A DNA stretch of 64,000 nucleotides, from contig MFQC01000003.1 of the NCBI GenBank assembly GCA_001784285.1, positions 221,517-285,516 on the forward strand. Direction: 5' to 3'. This document shows positions 47,051-57,141 of the stretch, piece after piece. The position numbers and the translations under genes were made by a program. How positions within the stretch are numbered: position 1 is the first letter of the stretch; each line of letters opens with the position of its first letter. Under the pieces are notes generated by a model. That model was not told where the DNA came from, made no database searches, and worked only from the letters and a program-made list of their open reading frames with translations. The DNA is from Candidatus Magasanikbacteria bacterium RIFCSPHIGHO2_02_FULL_48_18 (GTDB lineage: Bacteria; Patescibacteriota; Patescibacteriia; Magasanikbacterales; UBA922).

Positions 47051-47503
47051 TCATGGGTTCTTTTTTGAGTCAAGAACGAGCGTTATTGGTCCATCATTGA
47101 CGAGCGACACGTCCATGTGCGCCTGAAAGACACCGGTTGCGACTGAAAGTCCGGCATCGCGCAGTTTTTGGACAAACAACTGATACAGTACTTCTGCCTC
47201 CTCTGGTCGCGCGGCGTCCGAAAAACTCGGCCGTGTTCCTTTTCGACAATCGCCATACAGGGTAAATTGCGAGACCACCAAAACCGACCCGCCGACTTCC
47301 TGAATATTTTTTTCCATAAATGTATCCGTCGTTTCGGAAAACAATCGGAGGGTGATTATTTTTTTTGTTATCCAGTCAACATCGGATTCCGTATCGTCAT
47401 GAGAAATGCCGACAAGTAATAAAAAACCATGAGCAATATCCCCTACGGTTTGTCCTCCAACCCCAACTGAAGCGCATTTTACTTTTTGGAGAACGATTTT
47501 CAT
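47051..47503 (-). CDS. dtd: D-aminoacyl-tRNA deacylase
   Basis: SQFTLYGD and NDGPITL motifs. Confidence 0.9.
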   Translation of the reverse strand: MKIVLQKVKCASVGVGGQTVGDIAHGFLLLVGISHDDTESDVDWITKKIITLRLFSETTDTFMEKNIQEVGGSVLVVSQFTLYGDCRKGTRPSFSDAARPEEAEVLYQLFVQKLRDAGLSVATGVFQAHMDVSLVNDGPITLVLDSKKNP

Positions 47504-47532
47504 AGAAGCACCATACCTCTGTTTGCAATAAA

Positions 47533-48453
47533 TTACAGACCTAAATTGGCCTTTATTTTTTCCAACATGGAAATATTGTCAGCCAATCCATCCTGTTGCC
47601 AGGAACATCTCCCAAGTGTTGCTTCCCCGGCGCCGATGGCCAAATCATGGGCGCACTCTTCTTGAAGGCTCTCGAGTTCGGACTGTGCTTCGGCAATTCT
47701 CAAGTCCAACCCACCGGGAAAAAATTTTTCCTCTGCGGCAATGTATTCCTTAAATGAAATATCACCGAGATTGCATGCCGCAGATTGTTCCAAAATTGCA
47801 GCGTATTGATTTGCCTCCTCAATAATGGTCTGCCCACCAAGTGCTATGGCCTCATAACGGATCCTGCCATTATATTGTCCCGGTGTGTAATAGGATTCCA
47901 AACGGGAAGTAACACGAAACGCCTGTTTTTCCAAATCATCTACGGTAATCATAATTGGCAGAGATGGGACCGGAACGCCATATTTGTCCTTTCTCCCTAT
48001 AATAACGTAGCGGTGTTGGCCAAGCTCATGGAGTGAATCCGGATCAAAAAGCGTCGCGTTTCGGGTAAACAAATCTTTCAAATACGCCATCTCGGCTTCT
48101 TTTTCTTGTTCTTTTTTTTCCTCTTCTCCTCCCATTCGCGGCAGGGCCTGAATTCGCTCTCGTTTTCTCGCATCTTCTACAGCCTCTTCAAGCGTGGCAA
48201 TCGCAGCATCCGCTTCTTCGCGTTCATCTTCCGGCATATCATCAAAATCTTTTGGATCTAATCCAAAAGACGGGTCTTCCGGTTCAGTGAGTTTTTCTGC
48301 TGCAGGATGATCACCGCTTCCTTCTCGACCCAGATACCACGCGCCGCCAATGGTCACCAACGCGCCAAGCGCAAGCCACCGTCTCCACGTACGCATGAAT
48401 GGTCGTTCTCTTTTGGGCTCGTCGTCTCTTCGTGCGCGTCTTTCAGGATTCAT
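47533..48453 (-). CDS. hypothetical membrane-anchored protein with acidic low-complexity region
   Basis: N-terminal TM (WLALGALVTIGGAWYL). DE-rich segment. No known domain recognised. Confidence 0.5.
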   Translation of the reverse strand: MNPERRARRDDEPKRERPFMRTWRRWLALGALVTIGGAWYLGREGSGDHPAAEKLTEPEDPSFGLDPKDFDDMPEDEREEADAAIATLEEAVEDARKRERIQALPRMGGEEEKKEQEKEAEMAYLKDLFTRNATLFDPDSLHELGQHRYVIIGRKDKYGVPVPSLPIMITVDDLEKQAFRVTSRLESYYTPGQYNGRIRYEAIALGGQTIIEEANQYAAILEQSAACNLGDISFKEYIAAEEKFFPGGLDLRIAEAQSELESLQEECAHDLAIGAGEATLGRCSWQQDGLADNISMLEKIKANLGL

Positions 48454-48458
48454 AACAG

Positions 48459-49010
48459 CTAGATGGTCTGAATTTCTTTTTCTTTTTCTTCGCCAATTTG
48501 TTTTATACTTTCATTGTAGTCCTTCACCATTTTTTCCAAATCTTCTTGCGAAGAAAATTTTTCATCTTCAGAAATCTGTTTTTCTTTTTCGGCTCGATCA
48601 ATGGTATCGCGGATCTCTTCACGAACTTTCCGAACCCCAATGCGCGCTTGCTCCAGCTTGGTGTGGAGCACTTTAATCAATTCTCCGCGTCTTTCTTGGG
48701 TAAGATCGGGTAAAACAAGCCGCAGCAGGACGCCGTCATTGACCGGGTTGATTCCCAAATTGGATGCCCGAATTCCCGCATCAAGATTTTGCAAAATACT
48801 TTTATCCCACGGCTGTACGGTAATGGTTTTTGCGTCAACCACGCTAATGGACGCGAGGGCTTTCACCGGCTGCCGTACATTGTAGGCTTCGACTATAATG
48901 TCTTCGACAAGGGCAGGCGTGGCGCGGCCGGTGCGCAGGCCGGAAATTTCCTGCTTCAAGTGATCAATGGTATTGACAAATTGTTCTTTGTACTGCTGAA
49001 GAGCAAACAT
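48459..49010 (-). CDS. frr: ribosome recycling factor
   Basis: ISGLRTGRATPALVEDI and C-terminal coiled coil. Start MFALQQ at 49010. ORF track extends to 49058. Confidence 0.9.
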   Translation of the reverse strand: MFALQQYKEQFVNTIDHLKQEISGLRTGRATPALVEDIIVEAYNVRQPVKALASISVVDAKTITVQPWDKSILQNLDAGIRASNLGINPVNDGVLLRLVLPDLTQERRGELIKVLHTKLEQARIGVRKVREEIRDTIDRAEKEKQISEDEKFSSQEDLEKMVKDYNESIKQIGEEKEKEIQTI

Positions 49011-49027
49011 AAAAAAATACGAAAAAA

Positions 49028-50110
49028 TTATGGCGTGGTATATCCGAGATACAGCCACGATTCATTTTCCGGGTGCACCCTCAACACGGCCGGAATTTGA
49101 CCGGAGGGTAGCTTTTTCGTCGTCCACGTTCTTCCCCCGTCAATGGTTTTATAAAACGTAGAACGGGTATTGTCCTTGAGCGTTGCCGTATAATACATTT
49201 CGTTATCGTTATGTCCGTTGATGTCGAAGGCATAGATATTCACGCTCCCGGGCGGCGTAATCAAATCCATGGCCGACCATGAATCGCCGCGGTCGTTGGA
49301 AAACAAAATACCATAGGTTGAAATCCAAAATAAAACGTCGGGTTTCTCCGGGTGGCGGAGAAAACGCCGGTAATCCAGCGCGCCCGCGAATTCTGCCAAA
49401 GGCGCCTGAAGCGAATCCCAGCTGTATCCCCGATCGACCGAGCGATACAGTCCCTGATTTTTGGTGATGAGATAAAACAGCCCGGACTCAAATTCATCTG
49501 CCTGTATGTCAACAACAGGAATTTTGAGGCGTTCGGTGACCGTCCAGCTTCTGCCGGCGTCGGTACTTCGTAAAATGTCTCCATTGGATTCTCCCACTAT
49601 AATATCATAGGGGTGAAACGGCTCAAACGCAATCGCGCTCATGCGGGCATCCGATCGCGTCTCAAGATACATATCTTCCCAACTGCGCCCGCAGTCGTTG
49701 GTTTTTAAAATTTCCGTGCCATTCGTGGTATACATCGTGCATTTATCTTTTGGATGGATGGCAATGCTATAGAGCAATCCTTCACGAAGACGGGCGTCAC
49801 TCGGCCGTTGCCATGTTTTGCCATCGTCATATGTATAAAACATTCCGCTTTGTTTGGACAACAGATATACGGTTTTTGTGTCTTGCGGATCCTCCACAAG
49901 CCGAAAAACACTCACGTTGCCAATGCTTTCAACGCCGGAGATCGTGGGCAAGGCGGCAATTTGTTGCCATGATTCGCCTTTATCAAGAGATAAAAACATG
50001 CCGGCTGGTCCGGTGGTTTGCGGTGCTTCTTTAGTGGACAAAAGACAGCCGGCGCCCAGTAAAAGAAAAAGAGGAAGCGCCACGCCAAAACGGTACCATG
50101 ATACTTTCAT
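49028..50110 (-). CDS. BNR-repeat beta-propeller lipoprotein (Ycf48/sortilin-like)
   Basis: Lipobox LLLGAGC. Repeated D.G.SW / DGG.TW BNR motifs. Confidence 0.8.
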   Translation of the reverse strand: MKVSWYRFGVALPLFLLLGAGCLLSTKEAPQTTGPAGMFLSLDKGESWQQIAALPTISGVESIGNVSVFRLVEDPQDTKTVYLLSKQSGMFYTYDDGKTWQRPSDARLREGLLYSIAIHPKDKCTMYTTNGTEILKTNDCGRSWEDMYLETRSDARMSAIAFEPFHPYDIIVGESNGDILRSTDAGRSWTVTERLKIPVVDIQADEFESGLFYLITKNQGLYRSVDRGYSWDSLQAPLAEFAGALDYRRFLRHPEKPDVLFWISTYGILFSNDRGDSWSAMDLITPPGSVNIYAFDINGHNDNEMYYTATLKDNTRSTFYKTIDGGRTWTTKKLPSGQIPAVLRVHPENESWLYLGYTTP

Positions 50111-50121
50111 AAAAAAATAAA

Positions 50122-51072
50122 TTATGGAATACGAAGGAGAATATGTTCAAATAATAATCGGGGATGAACATTTTTTTGCAATAAATCTTTCGAATGTTGA
50201 ATTGTCTCCTCAAGAGATAAGAGATGAGACAGAGAAGCCGGAGCGGCGCAGGTAAACCGATGAATCATGCGTTCTTCCATATTTATGGCGGCCATAATAA
50301 GATCCCGCGCAAAGAATGACCACAGATGAAGAATGTGCCCCAGGCCGTCCCTGGTCGCGATATGATCATCCGGCGAACCAAAAAAATCTTCTATAGTCTT
50401 TAGTTTATCATGAAAGCGCGCGCCAATCAACGATTGAAACCGCGCAATTTCATTGAGAAACGCCTGATACGCGGCGTCGTCCTGTATCCACGATATGGCA
50501 AGTCCGGGGAGTCCTCGAGAAAAACGAGCAACCTCTTCGGCAAAAGGCGTCTCACAACCCCGATCCGCCAAACCAGACGCTATGGTGTCATGATGAACAG
50601 GGAAAAAATGGATATGCTGACAGCGGGAAAGAATGGTCGAAGGAAGACGCGCATCGTCGTCGGTCATTACAAAAAGAACGGCGCGGTCTCTTGGCTCTTC
50701 CAAGGTCTTGAGAAGCGCATTTGCCGCGCTTCGGCTGAGGTGTTCCGCGCCGTCAATGACGGCGATACGATACCCCCCGGCAAATGACCGCTGAGAGAAA
50801 AAACCGCGCACGCGATGGATCTGCTCAATGGAAATATCTTTTTTCATCTTCCCGGTCTTTTCATCGTTTTCACGAGCCACGAGAAAAAAATCCGGACTGA
50901 CCGACAGATGGGTGCTAAGAACGCCGAGCCACTGGGAGGAAAAATACTCCACCACCGCGCGTTTTCCCACTCGCTTTGGCCCAACACAACAATAGGCATG
51001 GGAAAGCCGTCCGTTTTTTGCGGCGGACTCAAAAAAATGAAGAATAGACGCGTGCCCAATAATGGAAGTCAT
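50122..51072 (-). CDS. holB: DNA polymerase III delta-prime subunit
   Basis: AAA+ clamp-loader-like N-terminus (HAYCCVGPKRVGKRAV) and SRC-like region (TILSRCQ). Confidence 0.75.
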   Translation of the reverse strand: MTSIIGHASILHFFESAAKNGRLSHAYCCVGPKRVGKRAVVEYFSSQWLGVLSTHLSVSPDFFLVARENDEKTGKMKKDISIEQIHRVRGFFSQRSFAGGYRIAVIDGAEHLSRSAANALLKTLEEPRDRAVLFVMTDDDARLPSTILSRCQHIHFFPVHHDTIASGLADRGCETPFAEEVARFSRGLPGLAISWIQDDAAYQAFLNEIARFQSLIGARFHDKLKTIEDFFGSPDDHIATRDGLGHILHLWSFFARDLIMAAINMEERMIHRFTCAAPASLSHLLSLEETIQHSKDLLQKNVHPRLLFEHILLRIP

Positions 51073-51115
51073 GGAAAAAGTGTACCATAAAACGAAAAAG
51101 ATGACATCTTTTTGT

Positions 51116-52306
51116 TCATGTTGTCATCGCGTTCAACAAAACATCCACTGTTTTTTCCGCCGAAGAACGCCAAGAAAATTTTCTCACACGAGACAACCCT
51201 TTTTGCGCGTATTCCTCTCTCAAATGTGAATCGGTCACAAGCCGAAAGAGTGCCTCCTCGACCTGTTTTAAATCTGTTGGATCCGCATACAGCGCGGCAG
51301 AGCCGCCGACTTCTTCCAGGCTGTTTCCTTTTGAAACAACGGCTGGCGTTCCTGACGCAAACGCTTCAAGAACCGGCATGCCAAATCCCTCATAGAGACT
51401 GGGAAAAACAAAAACATCTGCCACTTTCATAAGACATCGCGCGTCGAGGTTGGAAATCCATCCGGTTTCAATAATATCCTTTCTATAGGGACTTGCCTCG
51501 CGAATTGATGCAATTGTCTCGTATCCAACCCCTGGTTTGCCGGCAAGGACTAACGCGAGGTTCTGCACTCTTTCGCCGCCGCGTTGTTTGATATTTTCAA
51601 ATGCGTGAATGAGGATCGCCGTATTTTTTTTGTATTCCAGCCGGCCGATGGCCAGCAAAAACGGCCCGCCAATACCAAATTTTTTCCGAGTTGCATCAAT
51701 CGCGGCCGGTGACACCGGCGCCCCATACGCCGGATCATATCCGTGCGGAATAACCATAATGCGTTCGCTATCATAAACGGCATCCGGCCGATTTCCTGCT
51801 GTAAGAAGCGCGAGCAATTCCTTTTTACTAAAAAATGAAGGAACAATTACCTTCCACAATCTTCGTGCGGCGTATGACGCGGACCAGATGCTGTACCATC
51901 GTTCAAACCAGCTATATGCTTTTGGAAAACGAAATGCCGCGACGTCATGCACGGTCATCACGGTTTTTTTCGGATGAATAATTGGAAATACATGAGCGGG
52001 AATAAACAAAACATCCGGAGGATGCAACAACATTTCCCAACTTAGACGGAACTGCGTCCATAACCGCCTTGGCGGCCAACTGAGTACTTTTTGTGTCCAA
52101 TGCTGGGGCATGCGCGCCAATGATCCGCGGAGCGGTTGATCCGCATACAGCACAACCCGAAGATTGGGATACGCGCCGGTCAATTTTTTCATTTCTTCAA
52201 TGAGAAAAAACGCGTACCACTCCACGCCGGTTTTTTGATCGTGATTCGCGCGCGAGGCGTCTATGCCGAGGATCATAGGATCAATACAAAGTAAAAACCC
52301 CATCAA
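51116..52306 (-). CDS. glycosyltransferase family 4
   Basis: EGFGMPVLEAFASGTPAVVS GT4 C-terminal motif. Confidence 0.85.
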   Translation of the reverse strand: MMGFLLCIDPMILGIDASRANHDQKTGVEWYAFFLIEEMKKLTGAYPNLRVVLYADQPLRGSLARMPQHWTQKVLSWPPRRLWTQFRLSWEMLLHPPDVLFIPAHVFPIIHPKKTVMTVHDVAAFRFPKAYSWFERWYSIWSASYAARRLWKVIVPSFFSKKELLALLTAGNRPDAVYDSERIMVIPHGYDPAYGAPVSPAAIDATRKKFGIGGPFLLAIGRLEYKKNTAILIHAFENIKQRGGERVQNLALVLAGKPGVGYETIASIREASPYRKDIIETGWISNLDARCLMKVADVFVFPSLYEGFGMPVLEAFASGTPAVVSKGNSLEEVGGSAALYADPTDLKQVEEALFRLVTDSHLREEYAQKGLSRVRKFSWRSSAEKTVDVLLNAMTT

Positions 52307-53414
52307 CTTTCATATCAGACCCAACAAGAGACACATGTACATTTGTTAAAGACAGAACCGAAGAAATAGACCGCGTTCCGTTTCCCCCTACGACAGAAAG
52401 CGCCGATTTTCCTCCAATAATTTTTGGCGCGATGTAAAAAAGAACCCGGTCGAGAAGAAGCGGATTGGATAAAAACGCATCATAGAGCGACCCGTGGACG
52501 CCCGCACCGCCCTCAACAAAGATTCCCCGTACCCCCTGCCGGCCCAAAAAATCAAACAATTTTTTCCATGACACGCGACGGGTTCCCGCGCAATACAATG
52601 GAATATTTTTTTTGGTGAAAGCAATAATCTTTTGCGGAGACGCTTTTTTGGTATGCACAACCAAAACCTGTTCATCGCGAAACACGCGGCTTTTTTGATG
52701 TGATGAAAGCGCGGGATCAATGATAACCCGCAATAATTTTTTTGTTCGAAATTTTCCATAACTGCCAAGTCCGGGATTGTCCGCGTTCACGGTTCCAACG
52801 CCAACCACGACTGCGTCGCACATACTTCGTTCCAACCGGGCATCGTTGCGTGCGGCCGGTCCGGTTATCCATTGGGATTCACCGGTTCGGGTTGCAATTT
52901 TTCCATCCAAACTCACGCCCGCTTTCAACACAACATACGGAAGGCCGGTTTGAATATATTTGAGATGCGGCTGATTCAATAATCTGATTTCCTGTACTAT
53001 ATAATTATCCTTCACCATTGCCACGTCAATTCCGGCGCTCTTCAAAAGCCGCAACCCCTTGCCATTTACATCGTTATTCGGGTCTTTCATTCCAACAACC
53101 ACTCGAGAAATTCCGGCGCTGACAATAGCATCGGTGCATGGCGGCGTCCGGCCAAAAAAACAATGCGGCTCAAGCGTCACGTACATCGTGGCGCCCCGCG
53201 TGCGCTGTTTTGCTGAGTTCAGAGCAACAATTTCCGCGTGCGCTTTCCCCGGAGGCTGTGTGCATCCTTTTCCAACAATTTTTCCTTTCTTCACAATAAC
53301 CGCCCCCACCGCGGGATTGGGAGACGTCAAGCCAACCGCTTGCCGCGCAAGCCCTATTGCCTCCTCCATAACATAATAATCTTTTTGCGAAAACATCGAT
53401 AAAAAATCAGACAT
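52281..53414 (-). CDS. ribD: bifunctional riboflavin biosynthesis deaminase/reductase RibD
   Basis: CMP/dCMP deaminase zinc motifs HAEIVAL and PCxxC (TPPCTDAI). C-terminal RibD reductase domain. Confidence 0.9.
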   Translation of the reverse strand: MSDFLSMFSQKDYYVMEEAIGLARQAVGLTSPNPAVGAVIVKKGKIVGKGCTQPPGKAHAEIVALNSAKQRTRGATMYVTLEPHCFFGRTPPCTDAIVSAGISRVVVGMKDPNNDVNGKGLRLLKSAGIDVAMVKDNYIVQEIRLLNQPHLKYIQTGLPYVVLKAGVSLDGKIATRTGESQWITGPAARNDARLERSMCDAVVVGVGTVNADNPGLGSYGKFRTKKLLRVIIDPALSSHQKSRVFRDEQVLVVHTKKASPQKIIAFTKKNIPLYCAGTRRVSWKKLFDFLGRQGVRGIFVEGGAGVHGSLYDAFLSNPLLLDRVLFYIAPKIIGGKSALSVVGGNGTRSISSVLSLTNVHVSLVGSDMKVDGVFTLY

Positions 53415-54609
53415 TATTCAATATATGCCCCATTTTTTCTTTCTTTGTCTGAAGATACCCATTATTCACACCGTTCGGCGGCACTTCGATTGGGACCTGT
53501 GTTACCACGTCAATGCCATACCCGCTAATGCCCCCCATTTTTTTTGGGTTATTGGTCATAAGCAAAATTTTCTTTACCCCCAAATCCGCCAAAATTTGTG
53601 CGCCGATGCCGTATTCACGCAAATCTTCGGGAAAACCAAGCGCTTCATTTGCTTCCACGGTATCCAACCCCTTGGTGCGTTGCAATTCATAGGCTTTGAT
53701 TTTGTTTCCCAAACCAATGCCGCGGCCTTCCTGCTGTTTCATGTACACAACAACTCCTGATCCCGCTTTGTCAATCTGCGCCATCGCATGGCGGAGTTGC
53801 GCGCCGCAATCGCAGTGTTTCGAGCCAAAAATATCCCCGGTCATGCATTCGGAATGCACGCGAACCAACGTTGGTGTGATGGAACTGATTTCTCCTTTTA
53901 TCAGGGCAACGTGCTCCGCGTGGTGAAGCAAATCGGCATACACCTGCACGCGCCAAGGGCCGGTATCGGTTTCAATAACCGTTTCCGCGTCGCGGCGAAT
54001 AAACGTTTCGGTCTTATGGCGATAGGCAATAATATCCGCAATGGTGATGATGGGAAAACGATGTTCCGCGGCAAATTCCATCAACGCCGGAAGCCGCATC
54101 ATGGTGCCATTGTCATGCATGAGTTCGCTAATCACGGCTCCTTCGCGAAGGCCGGCGATACGGCACAGATCAACCGATGCCTCGGTATGGCCGCCGCGCC
54201 ACAAAACTCCGCCATGTTGGGCCCTCAGCGGAAAAACATGTCCGGGACGAACCAAGTCTTCCGGGCGCGCGTTTGGAGCAATTGCTTTGAGTACAGTTTG
54301 TGTTCGGTCATGCGCGGAAATACCCGTGCTCACGCCATCGACCGCTTCAATACTGACAGTAAAGGGCGTTCCCCGTTTACTGGTATTTTTCTCCACCATC
54401 GGCGGCAAGTTGAGCCGATCCGCGACTGAGTTGCTCAACGCAAGACACACGACACCGCCGGTATGTCGAATGAAAAACGCCATTTTTTCTGGCGTTATAT
54501 GCTCTGCCGCAATGACCAAATCGCCTTCGTTTTCCCGATTCTCGTCATCAACGATAATAATGATCTCCCCGCGTCTCAGCGCCTGAAGCGCGGTATCAAT
54601 AGTATCCAT
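53407..54609 (-). CDS. ribBA: bifunctional DHBP synthase / GTP cyclohydrolase II RibBA
   Basis: DDENRENEGDLV (DHBPS) and VRVHSECMTGDIFGSKHCDCG (GCHII zinc site). Confidence 0.95.
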   Translation of the reverse strand: MDTIDTALQALRRGEIIIIVDDENRENEGDLVIAAEHITPEKMAFFIRHTGGVVCLALSNSVADRLNLPPMVEKNTSKRGTPFTVSIEAVDGVSTGISAHDRTQTVLKAIAPNARPEDLVRPGHVFPLRAQHGGVLWRGGHTEASVDLCRIAGLREGAVISELMHDNGTMMRLPALMEFAAEHRFPIITIADIIAYRHKTETFIRRDAETVIETDTGPWRVQVYADLLHHAEHVALIKGEISSITPTLVRVHSECMTGDIFGSKHCDCGAQLRHAMAQIDKAGSGVVVYMKQQEGRGIGLGNKIKAYELQRTKGLDTVEANEALGFPEDLREYGIGAQILADLGVKKILLMTNNPKKMGGISGYGIDVVTQVPIEVPPNGVNNGYLQTKKEKMGHILNNV

Positions 54610-54615
54610 ACAAAA

Positions 54616-55623
54616 CTATCGAGTGGACATAATGCTCCGTTTATAATTTTCCAAATTTTCAAGTGCGATGCCGGTGCCTTTTGCCACGCATAACAGCGGC
54701 TCATCCGCCACATAACAGGCAACACCCGTGGCTTGCGCGATCAATTCGTCCAAATTGCGCAACTGGCTTGATCCGCCGGACATAATAATTCCCTTATCCA
54801 TGACATCGGCCGAGAGTTCTGGCGGCGTTTTGTGGAGCACTTCTTTGACTGCTTCAATCAGGCCTTCCAAATCATGCTGGAGTGCTTCGGTGGTATCGTC
54901 CGAGGTAATGGTAATGGTTTTTGGCAGACCCAAAATCATATCACGGCCCTTCACATCCATCTTGAGCGGTTCATTCATAAACATGGCAGACCCAATGCGA
55001 ATTTTTACGTCTTCTGACATGGATTCTCCAATGGCCAATCCATGTTTTCTCCGAATATATTCCGCAATCGACTGGTCAAAACGGGTTCCGCCGATACGGA
55101 CCGATCCGGACGACACAATGCCGCCAAGAGAAATGACCGCGATTTCCGCTGTTCCCCCGCCGATGTCAATAATCATGTGTCCCGACGCGCTCCCAATGGG
55201 AATATCGGACCCAATCGCCGCCACAATCGGTTCTTTAATAATGTATGCCGCCCGCGCGCCGGCGTTCATGGCCGCGTCAATCACCGCACGCCGCTCGGTT
55301 GAGGTAATCCCGGCAGGGACCGCAATCATCACTTCCGGACGAAAGAGCCGAACGCCGCCCAACGCTTTGTTGATAAAATAGCGAAGCATGGCTTCGGTGG
55401 TCCGATAGTTGGCAATGACGCCATCTTTAAGCGGCCGCTCCGCGATAATGGTATCGGGGGTGCGGCCAATCATGTCCTTTGCCTCAGCGCCAACTGCGAG
55501 CACTTTCTTGTCTTCTTGAGAAATCGCGACAACCGATGGTTCGTTAATCACAATGCCGCGTTTGGGAACGTGGACGAGCACATTGGTGGTGCCAAGATCA
55601 ATCGCGACTTTTTTAATTAACAT
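54616..55623 (-). CDS. mreB: rod shape-determining protein MreB
   Basis: VAIDLGTTN, actin-like ATPase motifs throughout. Confidence 0.95.
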   Translation of the reverse strand: MLIKKVAIDLGTTNVLVHVPKRGIVINEPSVVAISQEDKKVLAVGAEAKDMIGRTPDTIIAERPLKDGVIANYRTTEAMLRYFINKALGGVRLFRPEVMIAVPAGITSTERRAVIDAAMNAGARAAYIIKEPIVAAIGSDIPIGSASGHMIIDIGGGTAEIAVISLGGIVSSGSVRIGGTRFDQSIAEYIRRKHGLAIGESMSEDVKIRIGSAMFMNEPLKMDVKGRDMILGLPKTITITSDDTTEALQHDLEGLIEAVKEVLHKTPPELSADVMDKGIIMSGGSSQLRNLDELIAQATGVACYVADEPLLCVAKGTGIALENLENYKRSIMSTR

Positions 55624-55645
55624 AATTCTTGTACTGTGAAGATTG

Positions 55646-57130
55646 CTATTTTGCTATTGTGACTGCAAATTTTTTGTCAACGTTGAAATTCGTTTCAACC
55701 TGATACCGCGCGTCGCCCCACTGTTCAAAAATTTCGCCAGGGGTTGCGCCCGCTACGTTTATACCAAAATCAAGATCAAGCGTCAAACCGCTCCCGACAA
55801 CGCCGGGCTGTTTTTGAACAAAAAGTGTGTACGATCCTTCGTCAATTTTTTGCGTGAGAGATTCGGGCAAATCATATACGAAACTGAGGGTCCCGGTTTT
55901 CCCAGGCTCAATGGCAATAAAACTGCCAAACCATTGCTTTCCAAGCTCGGTCCCCTGATCCGTGCTTCCGGGCTCATTGCTTCTGTCCGTTTTCATGGAT
56001 CCTTTGGTTTCGACCCACGTTGAACCCTCCGGGACAAATACCCGCGCATAGGTGCGGTACCGCGTTGTCCGCCAATCAAACGCGCCACCATGCGTATACG
56101 TCATTGATGCAGTGGCCCGATAGCGGCCATTTTCTTGTCTTTGAAACGAGTAGGACAGCGTTCTTGCAATTGCATGATCTGTTTTGAGCGCCGCCACATT
56201 CGCATCCACCCACATGACAGAGTCCCCTTCTCCCTGCGCTATTTGTCCGGACCATTGCAAACGGTCTAATTTTTTCTGCAATTCGGGAAAAAGCGAATAC
56301 ACCAAAATTTGTTTTTCGTCAAAGAGCGCATGGATCGCGCCGAGATATTCCGGATAGCGGTGAAACATATCTTGTTTCAATCTGCCGACAATTTCCATCA
56401 TGAGCGGTTCCAAAATTTCCTTTCGCTGTTCAAAACTCAGCCCGCGCTTTTTATAGTCAAACTCCACTTCATATTCCAATGTTTCAACCGCTGTCTTAGC
56501 GTCAAACGTGATTCCATTCACCGTAACCGGCCCGGTAAACTCGAGCAATGTTTCAAGCACGGTTGGCGTCACGCCGACCACCGTATCAATACGGTCGGCC
56601 AAGGCGCCGCCCTCTCCTTTATACAATGCGACCGCTTGAATGGCGCTTGTGCCAAAATCCGGAGACCAATTGCTGTCGCGAAAATACCACCGATCCACGC
56701 CAAGATGTTCTGTCAAAGGCCCGGGCGCTTTTGGCGTCCATGTGTCGGGCGTTGCGGCATCCAAAACTTCGGTGCCTTCAATTTTTTCAATTCGGGTTTT
56801 GCCCCTGTCAACGGTAACGACCGCATAACTCCCTATAAATCCCCCGCCCGGACGAATTTCCGTATTATTCAAAAATAAAAACAAATACGTGCGAGGCCCC
56901 GTATATCCCAAAAAATCCGGAAGGAGCGACCACAACGCGACGCCCTCGTCACCGGCTTTTTTTTGTATTTCACGTTTGAGAATGGATGAGTCCAATACCT
57001 CGTCCAAAGTAAGCTGTTTTGCCCAAATATATAATCCCGCGCCGACCGTGATGCAAAAAAGAAAACCAAGAAACACAGCCCATGGCCACACTCGTCGTTT
57101 TTTTTTATGAAAAAACAGCATAGAACACAA
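55646..57130 (-). CDS. DUF4012 domain protein (N-terminal TM)
   Basis: FLNNTEIRPGGGFIGSY is the DUF4012 signature. Confidence 0.7.
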   Translation of the reverse strand: MCSMLFFHKKKRRVWPWAVFLGFLFCITVGAGLYIWAKQLTLDEVLDSSILKREIQKKAGDEGVALWSLLPDFLGYTGPRTYLFLFLNNTEIRPGGGFIGSYAVVTVDRGKTRIEKIEGTEVLDAATPDTWTPKAPGPLTEHLGVDRWYFRDSNWSPDFGTSAIQAVALYKGEGGALADRIDTVVGVTPTVLETLLEFTGPVTVNGITFDAKTAVETLEYEVEFDYKKRGLSFEQRKEILEPLMMEIVGRLKQDMFHRYPEYLGAIHALFDEKQILVYSLFPELQKKLDRLQWSGQIAQGEGDSVMWVDANVAALKTDHAIARTLSYSFQRQENGRYRATASMTYTHGGAFDWRTTRYRTYARVFVPEGSTWVETKGSMKTDRSNEPGSTDQGTELGKQWFGSFIAIEPGKTGTLSFVYDLPESLTQKIDEGSYTLFVQKQPGVVGSGLTLDLDFGINVAGATPGEIFEQWGDARYQVETNFNVDKKFAVTIAK

Positions 57131-57141
57131 GCACGTTGCAA

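Noticed and set aside
53407-55623. Looked for an FMN riboswitch upstream of ribBA-ribD or the ribE-ribH locus
   Set aside because: ribBA starts 6 nt after the mreB stop, and the ribE-locus genes overlap the upstream glycosyltransferase gene. There is no leader long enough to hold an FMN element.
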